A program made the translations under genes and the position numbers. A stretch of DNA of 63,996 nt, filler included, from Diploschistes diacapsis (Eukaryota): assembly GCA_023645945.1 (NCBI GenBank). It is 7 parts of 7 records of this genome, joined end to end, with 100 filler letters (N's around TTAATTAATTAA, not from the genome) between each part and the next. Parts side by side here need not be neighbours in the genome. Positions count along the whole stretch, not along the records: positions 18,198 to 46,783 come from JALAIB010000146.1; positions 46,884 to 52,841 come from JALAIB010001460.1; 5 more parts are not named here. One strand, written 5' to 3'. Shown here in pieces: positions 35,602 through 48,654 of the stretch; the first letter of the stretch is position 1, and every line of letters begins with the position of its first letter. The notes below the pieces were generated by a model, which made no database searches, was not told the origin of the DNA, and was given only the letters and a program-made list of their open reading frames with translations.

Positions 35602-36125
35602 CTTTAGAAATATCTTCGGTGGTTCTTGGGACAGAGGAAGGCAGAACTGTAGTACAGAAGATGATTACAGATGAGGAAAAGGCTTTCTGGAAAAACAAGG
35701 ACGTGAAGAGACAAGACGATCAAAAGAGCATCGAACCAGATTTGTTGACGCACAAGCTGGGAGTCACCCTAGTAGGCGTTGCACTGTACTCTTGTCGCTC
35801 ACCAAAAGGCTTCGGCATTGAGTATTGTGTGTGTCCTTCATGATGCCGGAGACAGATCCTTTCCAATATTGCGGTCGTCCACTCCTAGCATCCACCAGTC
35901 ATCTCAAGGACATTGATACGAGTTCAGGTGTGCATCGCTACAGTCTTCTGTGGACTTAGGAGTAAGCCATGTGTTCGCCTCCACTGCACATCACAACGAG
36001 AGACTACATAGTCGCTCACTGGCCATAAGTTCAGTATTGTCTGATCGGAGTTTCTCGAGCTAGTAAATTCAGTAAGAAGCGATGCGGAAGCATCCATGTT
36101 ACGATCCACTGTCATGCTGATCGTT

Positions 36126-36161
36126 CATGATTAGCAGCGCATGATTAGCAGCGCATGATTA
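36126..36161. repeat. 14-bp tandem repeat (CATGATTAGCAGCG) x2.5
   Basis: Directly visible. Confidence 0.85.
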
Positions 36162-37031
36162 ACTGATACCTAAGATTGACGGGAGTCTGCCTCAAACCTT
36201 CTGGTTAGCAAGCATACAACGTAGAGCATCCATAAGAAACGGAGCGGAAGCTTTATTATATCTTAAAGCTTAAATACGTACTAAAGGGTCGACTTGTAAA
36301 TGGAGAAAAGAGAAAGGAACAACGAATCTCAATTTTCAGACCGGTCAATCACGTGACATGGATATTCTAGGATAACACCCTCAAAGCGATACCAGCTACA
36401 GACCACACACACATCCCTAGCTACGTAGATCACCCAAAATCACCAAAAAAAAAACAGCGACACTAGTGTCTCGCCCCTCAAGCATATCGCAAGGGCGCAG
36501 CCCTTCCTCTCAATTGCCGTTCTCTTCACAGGTTGGGAAAGGGGTGTTTTAGAAACCGTAGACCCACCAACATCACCCTCTTGCTTAGTTTGACGCTGGA
36601 GTCATTCTTTTGCTGACCACCTAGATTCGAACGGAAAAGGGACCCATTCGGGCTGAGCTGTCCTTGTTCCGTCATACTCGTTGAGAAACTCTTGGCAGGA
36701 ACAGGAGACCGAGAAGGAGTGGGTAAATTATTATGCGATTTATGTGGGAGGCAAAGAGAGAACCAGCGGTGGACGAAGAGTTGGATTTTGGCTCTTACAG
36801 TGATGCCGGGAGGAAGGGAAAGGGTTAGGATTTTGGATTTTGGATGTTGATAACTGGTCAGGGGGGATAAAAAAAATTAGCCATCTACATCTATTGGTCT
36901 ATCATATATAACGAGGTCTATTAATATGGAAGAAAACTGCCTTCACAGCACCACCTGCAGTAATGCAGCGGATCAAAAACTTTTAGAGATTCCCCACTGC
37001 CTATTGCAATAAGGTGCTCGTGCTCAGGCAC

Positions 37032-39005
37032 TCACAGATGAGACCGGTCCCCGTTCACGGCTTGTGTCTCGCTGATCATGGGAGTCGTTGGAGCGATGCC
37101 GTGAACCAGGTTCTTGATCTCCTTCTCCACGTTCCTCGTTTCCTGGTGAGGATCGTACATGCGCGACCTGACCCACGACTCGAGTTCGGCGTCACTCATA
37201 TCTCTTATCCGCACTTCGCGGTCGACTCGTGCTTCCTGGGCTGCTCGAATGACGCCCATGGTAACGAAAACGCTAACGTCGCGGATTCTTTCAATGGCCG
37301 GATAGAGCCACCCTTCCTCCTCTTCGGAATAGCTTAGGGCGTTTGCTAGCGAAGTGGCGGACGCATAAATCATGGACTGAGTGACAGTGGTGGCCTTGGA
37401 CAGGATAGCCCCCATGCCAATTGAAGGAAAGACGTAACTATGCAATATCAGTAAGCCCAAACGACACCGTTGCAAGCAGCTTACACATTGTTACCCTGGC
37501 CGGGTGTGTAGAGCCTTCCATCCATCTCAAGTGTTGGAAATGGTGAACCGCTGGCGAAGAGAGCACGGCCTTCAGTATACTTCATTGCATCTTCGAAAGT
37601 ACATTCACTATTCAAAGAAGGATTGGACAATGGGAAGATGATGGGTCGTTGGTGCCACTGGCCCATCTTGGTAAGAATATCTGGGGTAAAGCAGCCACCG
37701 ATGGTGGAGAGTCCAAGAAGCATCGTTGGCCTGACGTAGTCCACCGTCTCCGCCAGCGTCTTGAACTGTTTGCCCTGATTATCGTTCCGTGAGAAGTATC
37801 TCTTGTGATCAGCAAGCTTGTCGCCTCTGTCATCAGCCACCATGCCTTTAGTGTCCACGAGGTAGAAGCATTTGCGAGCTTCTTCCTCAGTCAGACCCTT
37901 GCTCATAAAGAATTGTACTATTTGCTTGGCAACGCCGACGGCTGCGGAGCCAGCACCCATGACCACAGCCTTCTGCTCATGTATGGGAACCCCGTTGGTT
38001 CTGACAGCATTGATGACGCCTGCAAGGATAACGGCACCGGTTCCCTGGATGTCGTCGTTGAACATGGTATACTTTCCGCCGTATCTCTCCAACGAAGGGA
38101 AGGGGTTTTTGAAGTCTTCGTACTGGATGACAATTCTGGCCCGGTCAGCAAGGCTTCTGAAACCGAGCATAAGTTGATCCTTACCCTGGCCAACGCTCCA
38201 CCAGAGCCTCCATTAGCTCGTCGAGAAATTCTGCCTCCTCTTCTGCGGAGACCTTGTCACGGCGACTGCCCATGTAAAGCGGATCTTCTCGGAAAGCCTT
38301 GTTGCCTGTACCAAGGTCCAAAGTGATTGGCAGCGTGGCATCTGGCCGTATGCCACCGCAGGCGCAGTACAGAGCCAGCTTACCGACGGGTATGCCCATT
38401 CCATTGATTCCAAGATCACCCAGGCCCAATATCCGGGATCCATCTGTTACAACAGTAATGTCAACGTGATCTTGGGGCCAATTCTTCAAGACAGATGAGA
38501 TGTGACCCTTGTCTGCGTATGAAATGTACAGCCCCTCCGGCGACGAGTATATCTCTGACCATTTCAGGCAGGCTTCGCCCACGACCGGAGTGTAGATCAA
38601 GGGCATCAGCTTTTTCATGTGGTCGATCGCGAGACGGTAGAAGAGGTGGACGCTGGACTTTCTGAGATTGCTGAGATATATATATTTCTCGATCGGCTTC
38701 TCTTTAGATTCGAGCTGTTTCAGACACCGCATGGCCTGAGTCTGGTAAGACTCAATGGCCGGCGGAGTAAGACCATAGGTCCTTAGGTACCTGCGAACGG
38801 CGTTGGAGTGAGTGGTGTCGAAGTCGCCGCCGTCGGGAGCTTCATTGCGAGACTGGTTATGAGACCGGATAACCATATTTTCTACCAATGTGGCTAGCTT
38901 CCTTGTAGTAACTCGGTTAGGTTTATGGGGATAACGAGATATGCTGCGGGGAGAAGGACCAGGGAAACAAAAGAGCGAAGAAAAAGTAGGAGACCTGCTG
39001 AACAT
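37032..39005 (-). CDS. Malic enzyme (NAD(P)-dependent); 5' end uncertain (alternative ATG 38876 or an upstream exon)
   Basis: PLIYTPVVGEAC, VTDGSRILGLGDLG, IQYEDF, FNDDIQGTG, GAGSAAVG, IIFPLSNP, ASGSPF, GQGNN/YVFPSIG. Introns at ~38135-38184 and 37437-37484. Confidence 0.95.
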
Positions 39006-39757
39006 GGGGAAAGAAAGATTTCTTAAATGAGATGCACGGTCACAAAGTAAGCATTCTGCATTGAGTGTGCCTGCTTCCAGGTTCAGGCTGCTTCAGACCA
39101 CAAGGCGTTTCAGCAAACCAACCAGGAGATTGGATACCCAGTACTCTCCCAGGATTGCAAACTTGTCGGGGGCCCATCTGTCTTATTAGGATCTCCAATC
39201 TCGATGGAACGCTTTGCCCTTCCGATACGAACGGGCGGCCAATTGCCGTGAACATGTCGGGGAGTGGGAATGAAGACAAAGTTTGACCTGCCGAGATGTT
39301 CAGCCCGGACTGGGCTGTCAAAAGAACTTCAGCTGTTGCGGCGACCGAAAACGGCAAGAAAGTGCAGGGGTAAGGTATCTAAGGATTTTCCAGCTTACCG
39401 TGCGGCTTGAACTGACTTGCCGGCCCCAAAAATTAATATTCCGCAAACACCCGATCATTCCCAGGTCCATGTCCATGTCCATGTCAATGTAAGTAGTCTT
39501 GTACTGTATTATTATGCAAGCTACACGCGACACAATCAACTATCTAGTACACCCAGTACCATACCAGTACCAGTAGCTCCAGGGAACATTCGGAACAACA
39601 GATACTCCGACCACGAGTCAAGGCTCATCATGCTCTTGGAGTTCCTATTATACAATGCTTTCTGAGAGCAGAATCAAACCAATCACTGCTACTTTGTAGC
39701 ATCTCTTAATCTCGACTCTAAATATCCAAGCCCTAAACTGGTGATAACGTGCTAGGC

Positions 39758-40740
39758 TTAATCCAACGGTAATATCGCAACTGCCGGTCCTGCCGGGACA
39801 ATAGCTTGCTTCACCGAGTGCGTGTAGCCTTCTTTGATAGGCTCCTAATGCGTCGTGTTTCCGAATGCGCCCCCATTTGTCTCTTGGGTCTTGTCCCAAT
39901 ACAGGGTGCGGAGCCACTCGTGCAATCTGGGGTAATCATGGCGGATGGTCTTGAGGTTGCACTTGAACAGTGTATGATAAGCAACGTCGAACCGAGCGAT
40001 TGAGGGGTACAGCCTGATATCGGCTTCTGTGATGTGGTCCCCAAAAAGAAATCTGGTCTTGCGGGCCTCTAAATGTGCTTCGACGCGATCGAGGGACTCG
40101 AAAAGTTTATAAACATTCTCATTATAGGCCTCTTGCGTGGAAGCGAAGCCAGTTTTGTAAACGCCATTGTTGATTGTGTCATAGACCCATTCGTTCATGC
40201 TTTCGATATCAGCGCGTTGATCCTCGGGAAACAATGGCTTTTCGGATTCGCGTAGAGAGGGCTCAACAAATGCGTCAAAGGCAGGATAAAGCATACGGAT
40301 GATCTCCGAAGATTCGTTGCTGACAATCGTTTCACGCTTCTTGTCCCAAAGCGTCGGAACCAAGTACCGGCCCTCATAATTCGGGTCAGCCTTGAAGTAT
40401 AGTTGTGAATGCTTAGTAAAGCCATAGAGGGGGTCCTTTTGCTCTGAGCCCCCCGAGCCGTCGTAAGCCCAGCCTTCAGATGTGAGGATGTGCCCATTAC
40501 AACTACTTGGATAACGTCTTGTAGGCCTTTGAGCTTATGGACAATGTTCGTGCGGTGTGCCCATGGGCATCCAAGGTTCAGGTAAAAAACGTATCGTCCC
40601 TTTTCCGCAGGCAATTCGGCGCTGGGGTCGTCGGAAGTCACAAAATTCGGAATTGACTTGGCTTCCTTCGAAAATTGGCCGTCCTTATCAGCGATGTTTA
40701 ACCGCTTCTCCTGGGTTTGTGGCTCAGTCATAATGGCCAT
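39758..40740 (-). pseudogene. ECM4: ECM4-type omega GST / glutathionyl-hydroquinone reductase with a frameshift and an in-frame TAG
   Basis: RYVFYLNLGCPWAHR, VPTLWDKKRETIVSNESSEIIRM, INNGVYKTGFA, TEADIRLY. One base is missing at the G run 40493-40495. TAG at 39845-39847 is followed in frame by EPIKEGY...IVPAGPAVAILPLD*. Confidence 0.85.
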
Positions 40741-42734
40741 AGTGGCACTGTGGAACGACTCTCGTAGATATAAACAAAAATCTCGCTGAATAGAATGGTG
40801 AAAAGTGGGGGCGGTAAAGGGTTATTCTGGACGACAGGCCGTAGACGCTTTAAACAGAAAGAGAGCGTGAAGGATGGTGACAGGACACGCCATAGCCATA
40901 GCCATACGTGTGAGTGTCTATTGATAAGCATTTAATTAAAAAGCCTTTACCGGCTTAAGTTACCAAGTGACATTTACAAAAATTTTACTCAGCAAATCCT
41001 CCTCTTTCACCACTTTATGCCTCCTAAAATGCTTCAAGAGCGCTTTAGATAAAATTTATCTAATCTTTTCGCAAAATTAGTCGGCCTTGATTAATATGTA
41101 TTATATATAAAGATCTTTTTCGACTGCGGGAGAAACTCAAAAGATTCCGGAAGAGCTTCAACTATCTCAGATTTATCGAGTAGTTAATCCGAAGCATCCT
41201 TATGTGGGCATCAAGTGACAAGAGGTTTATTATATCGCCTGAATGGCTAGTGTAAAGCTTGGATATCCGGATTATCTACTACCTCCGTTGAAATGCACGT
41301 CTCGTTCGTCACTAGATGTAAGCTGATAAAGGTACGAAAACAATCTCCTTGGGGAGGCCATCCATGAAGTCGATCTACCTAACACGGATGATGGATTCAT
41401 AGGAGATTCTTTACTCCAGTACTAAAATCATAGCAGCATGCCATGATTTCGTACTTCATAATCCACTGAACTAGCTTCTATAGAAAACAGGCCCTTAGAC
41501 CCTGATAGATTATCATAAGTAGGATAAGAGCCAGACGCTATGAGGAAACTCACTGTTTCCACCGCTAAGGGCTTCAGACCTGTTCAAGCTCCAGAGATCC
41601 CTCGATCGGATACAAAAAGTATCTCACGACTAGACCGCTGTTTGAGGATGCTCGACTCTCGTGCTGTTCCTTGATGTCTTGCTCCTGTTCCTGCTTCTGC
41701 CCGACATCCTTTTCTAAAAAGCACAAGTACTAAAGCACCTACCTTGATCATATACTCTGGAAAATCGATTGCAGATCTAATTAGGTCCTTTAAGCACGCA
41801 GATAGTGGTGAATCTTGCCGGTTGCTAGAAAGAGAAAAAAAGTATCTCAATTATTCCAGCATAAGTATAGCGCTGGCCAGGGTAGAGTAGCAAACAATGA
41901 ACATAAACCAGCTTATCTCAATATTGCGGTATAGTGAAATGGCAACTCTTATATGGACTCTTTGATCTGGGTTGCCTTGAACAGCAGTAGGGTGGCGACA
42001 AAGATTATGTCGAAGCGAGGACCGATCACCAGTGAACATCCTTATCTGCCTGTAATGAGCGGCTCCGCCAGCTGTTACAAGCACATAATACTCTATGAGA
42101 CAGCTAGCTGGACTGGAGGAAGATCAGTTGTTGGATGAGAGCTGTCTGGAGACTTACAGCAAGTGGCAAGAACTCGAAAGCGCTCACCGTTTGACCAGAT
42201 ATTTGTATGGGCATAAGAAATTCACATAAGTCAGTTGCAAAGACATGCTGCTTTGGCGAAGCTTTGTGCGAGAAAGGTACAAGTACTTGTCCTATGATGA
42301 ACATCTTCAGATCCGCAACTGAAGTATAGTTGAAATGGGTGAAGCTTTGTAAGGCTAATAACTGAATTGCCAAGATGAATGAGCCACCTCACAGCCACCA
42401 CAGCCCCGCAAGGCGTCGTCCATCCTGTCATTATGATCCTAGCAGCAAAATCCTACTAATGACGTACTGTACTGTACTTAGAATCCTGATGATTCGATAC
42501 TATACATCTAGGTAACAGCTGCACGCTTCTATTGAACATACACTTACCATCAACTTGCACCGTTGATTGCCTTCCAGCTAGGCTCATTGAAAGATCTTCT
42601 TCTTGTAACAGTTTGCTGTTAAGACGTGAACCGAGTTTACTGAAAAGCAAGGCTGTTCCTTTCTATCTTACCGCTCTATATCCTGACACTCTTATCGTTC
42701 GAGAACTGCAAACGGCTAGCAAATATTAGCCACT

Positions 42735-45006
42735 ATGTCTTCGTGCTTTGGTCTGCGGAAGCAGCAGCGGGCTGACGACCAAGAGGCTTTGCTTCCAGAG
42801 TATGGGGATGATACCACGCTGCAGCGTAGCCTGCATCAAAAGATGCATTCCTACCAGATGGTTAGAGCACTCGCGGCTGGATTCATGCCCTCTACAGAGC
42901 AACTGATTATCAACTTGAGAACTCTGATGTCATCGGATGTCTTGAACCCTGAAAACCCAGAGCTCAGCGATTCCGGACGGCGGTTGCTAAAATACTCAAA
43001 GCAGTGGCTCAAGGATTTCATCGAGCTGCTGCAACATAAGAACTCCAAGGACCAAATACAAGACTTTATCTGGTTTCTTACAAAGGCACGAATATCGCTG
43101 GACACTGAGCGGGTGACGCACTCAGCCTCCAAAATTCGAGCACGAGCGGATGCTACTGCAGGTTAGTGCCCTGGAACTCTTCTCCGTGGATTGTACTGAT
43201 CCTGGTCAAGCATACGAGAGTCTTCGTACCGTTGGAAGCCTTCTCCTTACCAACTCGGACTTTCGACTTTTCCTTGGTGATCTCAATACCATCGGTCGCC
43301 AGGTTTTCGCTGATACTGCGTTTACTCTGTCTAGTGCTGCACAGGAAGCTGGCAGTAAGATCAAGCCTGCGAGTGAGGACCTTAAGGCCCTGGAGGGCCC
43401 AGATGCAGATGCCGGCCCAGCACCTGCGCCCGGAGACCTGGGCGAACAGGTGACGGACGTCTCAAAAATTGTGGGAGACGGTCTAGCAGAGACTGGCGCA
43501 GAGGCTGTGAATAGTATCCAAGAGAACATCTCAGGTGACCAGAAGGATGCTTTGCTGTTTAGGCTGAAGGCCGCAATTACAAAATTGCGAAAACGAAACG
43601 ACTATTCTGACTCGGTGTCGACTATTGCTCTTTTGATGCAAAGATATGCTATGGCCTACTCCCGAGCCGTTGATCGGACGGTCGGTGAGGTTCAAAGCGA
43701 TGTCAGAACGAACGATGAGCTCGATCAAGCAGTGGAGAACTTCTGGTCGCTCTTCAAGTCTTTTGGTGACGCGCAGGAATGGAAGAGCCTCGAGGAAAAG
43801 CTTGGAAAGGTGATTCAACACGCACAGAAGGATCCAGAATTTGAGAATTTGATGACTGATGTTGGAAATTCCGTGCAAAAGATGCTGACCGACCCCGGAT
43901 TCTTTGACTCGGCGGGTGAGAAATTTGAAGAACTGCGAGAAAAGTCCAAGAAGGGTGGCCAAGACTCGTCTCTGCGGCAAGACGTCGATGCTGCTTTTGT
44001 GCAGACACGCAGGACATTCCATTCCGTACTGCAGGACTCTGAAATCTCAAAACTAATAACAACTACTACAAAAATATTTTCCATCATTTTTCCGTCGGAC
44101 AAGGCTACGAACCCAGACCTCCTCGACGACTCTTTTCATGTCTTTATTCCTCTCCTCATCAAAGCAGTTCAATACGTCCCAATACCCCGTGTGGAGGTAT
44201 CAACACCGGAAGTTGACCTCCTTCTGGAGAATTTGATTATCGAGCCGGGCCAAACCGTCAACAATACATCTTTCTTGCCCTTCCGCCTGGCAGTATCTAC
44301 GCAGAACGATCTGGAAATTCGTAAAGCCCGGACACGTACCAAATCGTCGGTTCGCTCCCTCACGACTATCAAAATCGACGGTCTTTCTCTTCGGGCAGAG
44401 GAAGTTGGGTTTTGGCTCCGTGCTCACTCTGGTCTGTTCCGACTTGCGGACGAGGGCATAGCCTCAGTCCAGCTAGACGAACGCGGTATCGATATTCATC
44501 TCGACGTGGAGGTTGGTCGCGATCGGTTGGAGAACATTCTGTCTCTTCGAGCTGTCCGCGTCCATGTCCATAAGTTCAAATACAATGTCCGCCGATCGAA
44601 GTTTTCTTGGTTGGCGTGGCTATTAACGCCCCTACTTCGTCCCATCCTGCGGAAAACAATCGAGTCGCAAGTCGCTGCTGCGATATCTGACGCACTACAT
44701 TCCGCAAACCGTGAGCTGCTGTACGCCCGCGAGCGTCTGCGCGCCACAAAAATTGCGGATCCCCAGGATTTGACGACGTTCTTCAAAGCCATAATGGCTC
44801 GTCTCACTCCAGAAGAAGATCCGGATGTATACTCGTCCATTGGTGTTCGACCGAGCAAGGGCATCTTCAGGGGTGTTTATGCGCCCGGAAGCGTCGTCAA
44901 GTTGTGGGAGGAGGAAGCAAGAAGAGCAGCCGAGAGGGTTGAGGACTTCGAGGTTGAGGGATGGAGGAACGCAATTTTTGACGTCCATACAAGATTCATG
45001 ACGTGA
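42735..45006 (+). CDS. Conserved fungal HAM1-like (DUF5923/DUF4449, BPI-like fold) protein
   Basis: Exons 42735-43161 and 43211-45006. Contains KMHSYQMVRALAAGFMPSTEQ, SLRTVGSLLLTNSDFR and YVPIPRVEVSTPEVDLLLENLI. Confidence 0.75.
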
Positions 45007-46783
45007 AATTGCCATGATTATTCCACTCTGCGTTGTATCCATGTATGTTGCAGAAGAGTCTCCAGAGAACTTCTATGTTGCTTCCGATCGATACACGCTA
45101 GGCTATTGTGCTTCTGCTACTTGGGGCATGCTTTGGCGAGACATCGCTCAATAGGACTTGCTGATTCTTCGACTTTGTACTTCTGTAATTGATTCTAGGC
45201 TCGTATCAACTTTGTTCAAAGTACGTGATTGCTCGCTTGCTTGATGTGTCTGTATCAGCTCGTATAAGTCAAACCATGTGCCGGATTCGCTCTCGATCAG
45301 TGCTTTAGATTTCGAACACGGCATCAAATATCGGCCGTCAGATTCGGTATTTATCTGCGCGCAGTTTCACCTCCCAAGCGACGAGTTTACCAGCTGCATC
45401 AGATGTTGACGAGCAACATCAACTCTCTTGAAACTATCAAGGCGCTACCGAAGGAGTATACAGATACGGGATCGCAGATGTTTATCTCAATAACACTGCA
45501 AACGACGCTGGGGCGCCAAGGGACTGCAGGATGCTAGATAAGGAAGACGAGCCAACATGGTTGCCAATGATATAGCTAGAGCCGCGGTTGCGACGTGGAG
45601 GCGGTGATAAAAAGCTGATAATGGCCCACGACACAGATCGATATTATTGCTACCTTTCTGGTTCTGCCGGCCGACTACCCCTCGAGGCAGGGGATCTCAA
45701 CATATCTTGAGCTCAGTATGAATATCAAAGCCCAAGCTTGGGGGGGGAGGCCCTTATCTTAGTGGTCCCATCGCCTCCTATTTGACGTTCGTTTTGTACG
45801 CAAGACAGGATGGTCGAATCCCAAAAGTTGCACCTACCCCCATAGCATTGATAACCTTCCGGTAGTTCGTTGCCTTGTCTCTTTGCTTTCCTGCAAGTCC
45901 TCGAAAGCATGGCATCCAATACATGGGAGCCGTGCACTGCGCAATCCATCCTGACTTTGGATCTGATCCCGCTCTTCATTCACCTAGCTCACATCAGCCC
46001 GCAATGTCGACATCCTCAAAGCCGGTAAAGCCAATCAAGAGCGAAGCATTGCGATCGGGGAAAGATACGTATTCTACACCACCTCGAGCGAGCAAGCAGA
46101 ACCGTAAACCACCACCACGCCGTCACGGTACTGGCGCCTGCAGACCCCCGAGCGAGCTAGCATAGGAGGCGTGCAGGCCCGTTGCAGGACGTCGATGATG
46201 TGTGGCGTCGAATGAACAGACCATCAAGCAGCAAGCAGTTTGCGTGGGACAAAAAAATATCAGAGGAGACGCTGCAGAAATCACCTTACGCAAAACAGCA
46301 CCCAAGCCCCCTCAATGCATCTGCCAACCGCCCGAAACGTCAAGAGGGGGAAGTCCCCTCATGCCGTATGTGTCGTTGAGTTCATGTTCATGAAACCTTT
46401 TTAGCGATTGGATGCTGGTGCTGCTGGTGTACCCACTGTTAATAATACAACAAACATGTTTGTCCATTAACTTAATGGTTATAATTTTACGGGCAAGTGG
46501 TATTTTATCATTATTAGCGCCAACGGCCCGGCCGATACCGATTCCGCACGTCCATTAAGTAGAAGTAGAACTCGGCCGAAGTCCGTGCATCTTACTCGCT
46601 TGAGAGGGATCGAAATCCACTAATTTAACGGTCCCTTATCGGCAAGAAATCAGGGGGGGGGGATTCTATTTTAAATTTTTTAAAAAAAATAACCATAACC
46701 GTTTAGAATTAGGAAAACGGAAAAATAATTGTAACAGCCTTTCTGACCAGCGTCGTATTATCGATTACAAATCGGGTTAACAG

Positions 46784-46883
46784 NNNNNNNNNNNNNNNNN
46801 NNNNNNNNNNNNNNNNNNNNNNNNNNNTTAATTAATTAANNNNNNNNNNNNNNNNNNNNNNNNNNNNNNNNNNNNNNNNNNNN
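46784..46883. other. Assembly gap linker
   Basis: N44-TTAATTAATTAA-N44. Confidence 0.98.
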
Positions 46884-47021
46884 TATATTGAGCGTAGTTT
46901 TAAATGTCTTTTATAATCTTTTCAATTCCTAAAACCTTTAATTGATGAGTTGGGAGCTTCCTGAAATGCGAAAATTTTGGTGTGTTTTGGTGGAGGGACC
47001 ATTACTTTTGGGACGTGACTG
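46884..47021. mobile_element. Terminal fragment of a Tc1/mariner-like transposon (same family as 1-94)
   Basis: ...GGAGGGACCATTACTTTTGGGACGTGACTG|TA at a contig start. Confidence 0.78.
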
Positions 47022-47207
47022 TAGAATGTCATGTGACCTCGTACAGTCTACGTAGGAGTTCTACATATTTCATACTGAAAGGCCGGACAACGTGCGGAGC
47101 TTCGGAGTTAAGCTGAAGTCTTCGAGTTTAGCTCGTGACCTTCCTCCCCCACCCGACTGGAAGTTCAAGTTAACTTGACTGTATCCAACTTGAAATCCTA
47201 TCTACAT

Positions 47208-48654
47208 ATGCTTTCTCTCCCCTTTCCTGGATCTCCATCTTCTTCATGGGCAATGTACAGACAACGTATCGCCGCCGCTTTGGCGGGAGCTAACCTGCGC
47301 GTCTGCCTGGCTTTTTGGCTGTTGGGTGAGTCGAAGTATTTGGTGCCCCCAATCCTGAAACTGATGGCTAACGTCTTTGCAGGTCTCATCAACAATGGTA
47401 TTATTTTGTAACTTCATGGCATATCCTTTTGCTTACGCTTCAGTACTCTACGTCGTTATTCTGTCAGCCGCTCTCGACCTAGTCGGTCCGCGTCTACCAA
47501 AAGCCATTGTACTCCTTTTCGATGTCATACCTGGCTTCACAGTGAAGCTTCTCGCTCCATACTTCATTCACCATGTACCGTACTCGCTTCGTGTCGTTGT
47601 ATGCTGTGCATTGTCGGCTGCTGGTATGCTCCTTAACGCTCTCACTCCCGCATATACCGATGGCGGAACCATATCCACAAAAATGGCTGGTGTGGTTCTG
47701 GCGAGCATGTCCAGTGGGGCGGGTGAACTGAGCTTCCTTGGGCTGACTCATTATTATGGACAATCCAGTCTTGCAGCTTGGAGCTCTGGTACTGGGGCTG
47801 CCGGCTTGGTTGGAGCCGGAGCATATGCGTTTGCAACAAATACTCTCAAAATGAGCGTTCGGTCCGCGCTGCTAGCAAGTTCATTCCTTCCTAGTGTCAT
47901 GCTGTTTAGTTTTTTCGCGGTCCTTCCCAGCGGACCGCTTGGAGCTCTTCGCTATGCGAAAATACCGAGTTCAACGCCTGCTCCCCAGCCTAGCGGATCA
48001 GACGAGACCGAAGAGGACGGGTCGTCAGAGGGTCTCCTGGTCCCTACGAACAAAGCAGTAGCTGCCACCAACGATCCGTTTCCAGGCTCTTGCTTCATGA
48101 CGCTTAAGCACAACCTCCACCGCTCCCGCTTTCTGTTCATCCCGTACATGCTTCCTTTGTTTCTGGTCTACCTTGCAGAATACACCATTAATCAAGGCGT
48201 GTCTCCTACCCTGCTCTTCCCTCTGGCATCCAGTCCCTTTGAAAGCTTTCGTTCTTTCTATCCTGCATACAATGCGATATATCAAGCGGGCGTGTTCATC
48301 TCCCGCTCCTCTACACCAATTCTCCGAATTCACAATCTCTATCTTCCATGCCTCTTGCAAGTTGTTAACCTCATACTCCTCATCCTCCAGTCGCTCTACG
48401 GGTTTCTACCCAGTGTTTGGTGGGTTTTCTTGGTAGTATTTTGGGAAGGATTACTTGGGGGCGCAGTATATGTCAATACTTTTGCGGAGATCCTTGAGAA
48501 TGTTGACGAGAGCGAAAGAGAGTTCTCTTTGGGCGCCACGACTGTCAGCGATTCCGGTGGCATCTGCATAGCTGGCCTCCTCAGCCTGGCATTGGAGACC
48601 GCACTTTGTGGCTGGCAAATCAGACATGGGAGGGATTGGTGCAATCAGCTCTGA
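47208..48654 (+). CDS. BTN1: Battenin / CLN3 vacuolar membrane protein
   Basis: AFWLLG / LINN (15-nt micro-exon ~47383-47397) / VLYVVILSAALDLVGP, SSGAGELSFL, WSSGTGAAG, AEYTINQGV, YQAGVFISRSS, EGLLGGAVYVNTF. Confidence 0.95.

Noticed and set aside
36615..36640. tRNA suggested by GTTCGAATC on the minus strand
   Set aside because: The flanks do not form a T-stem or a cloverleaf.
36770..36830. Telomerase RNA (GAAGAGTTGG..GCTCT resembles vertebrate P6.1; AGGGTTAGG nearby)
   Set aside because: The template-like sequence is on the opposite strand to the P6.1-like hairpin and no pseudoknot is evident; too weak to call.
40930..42730. Gene in the GST-HAM1 intergenic region
   Set aside because: Only short ORFs without motifs; partly AT-rich debris.
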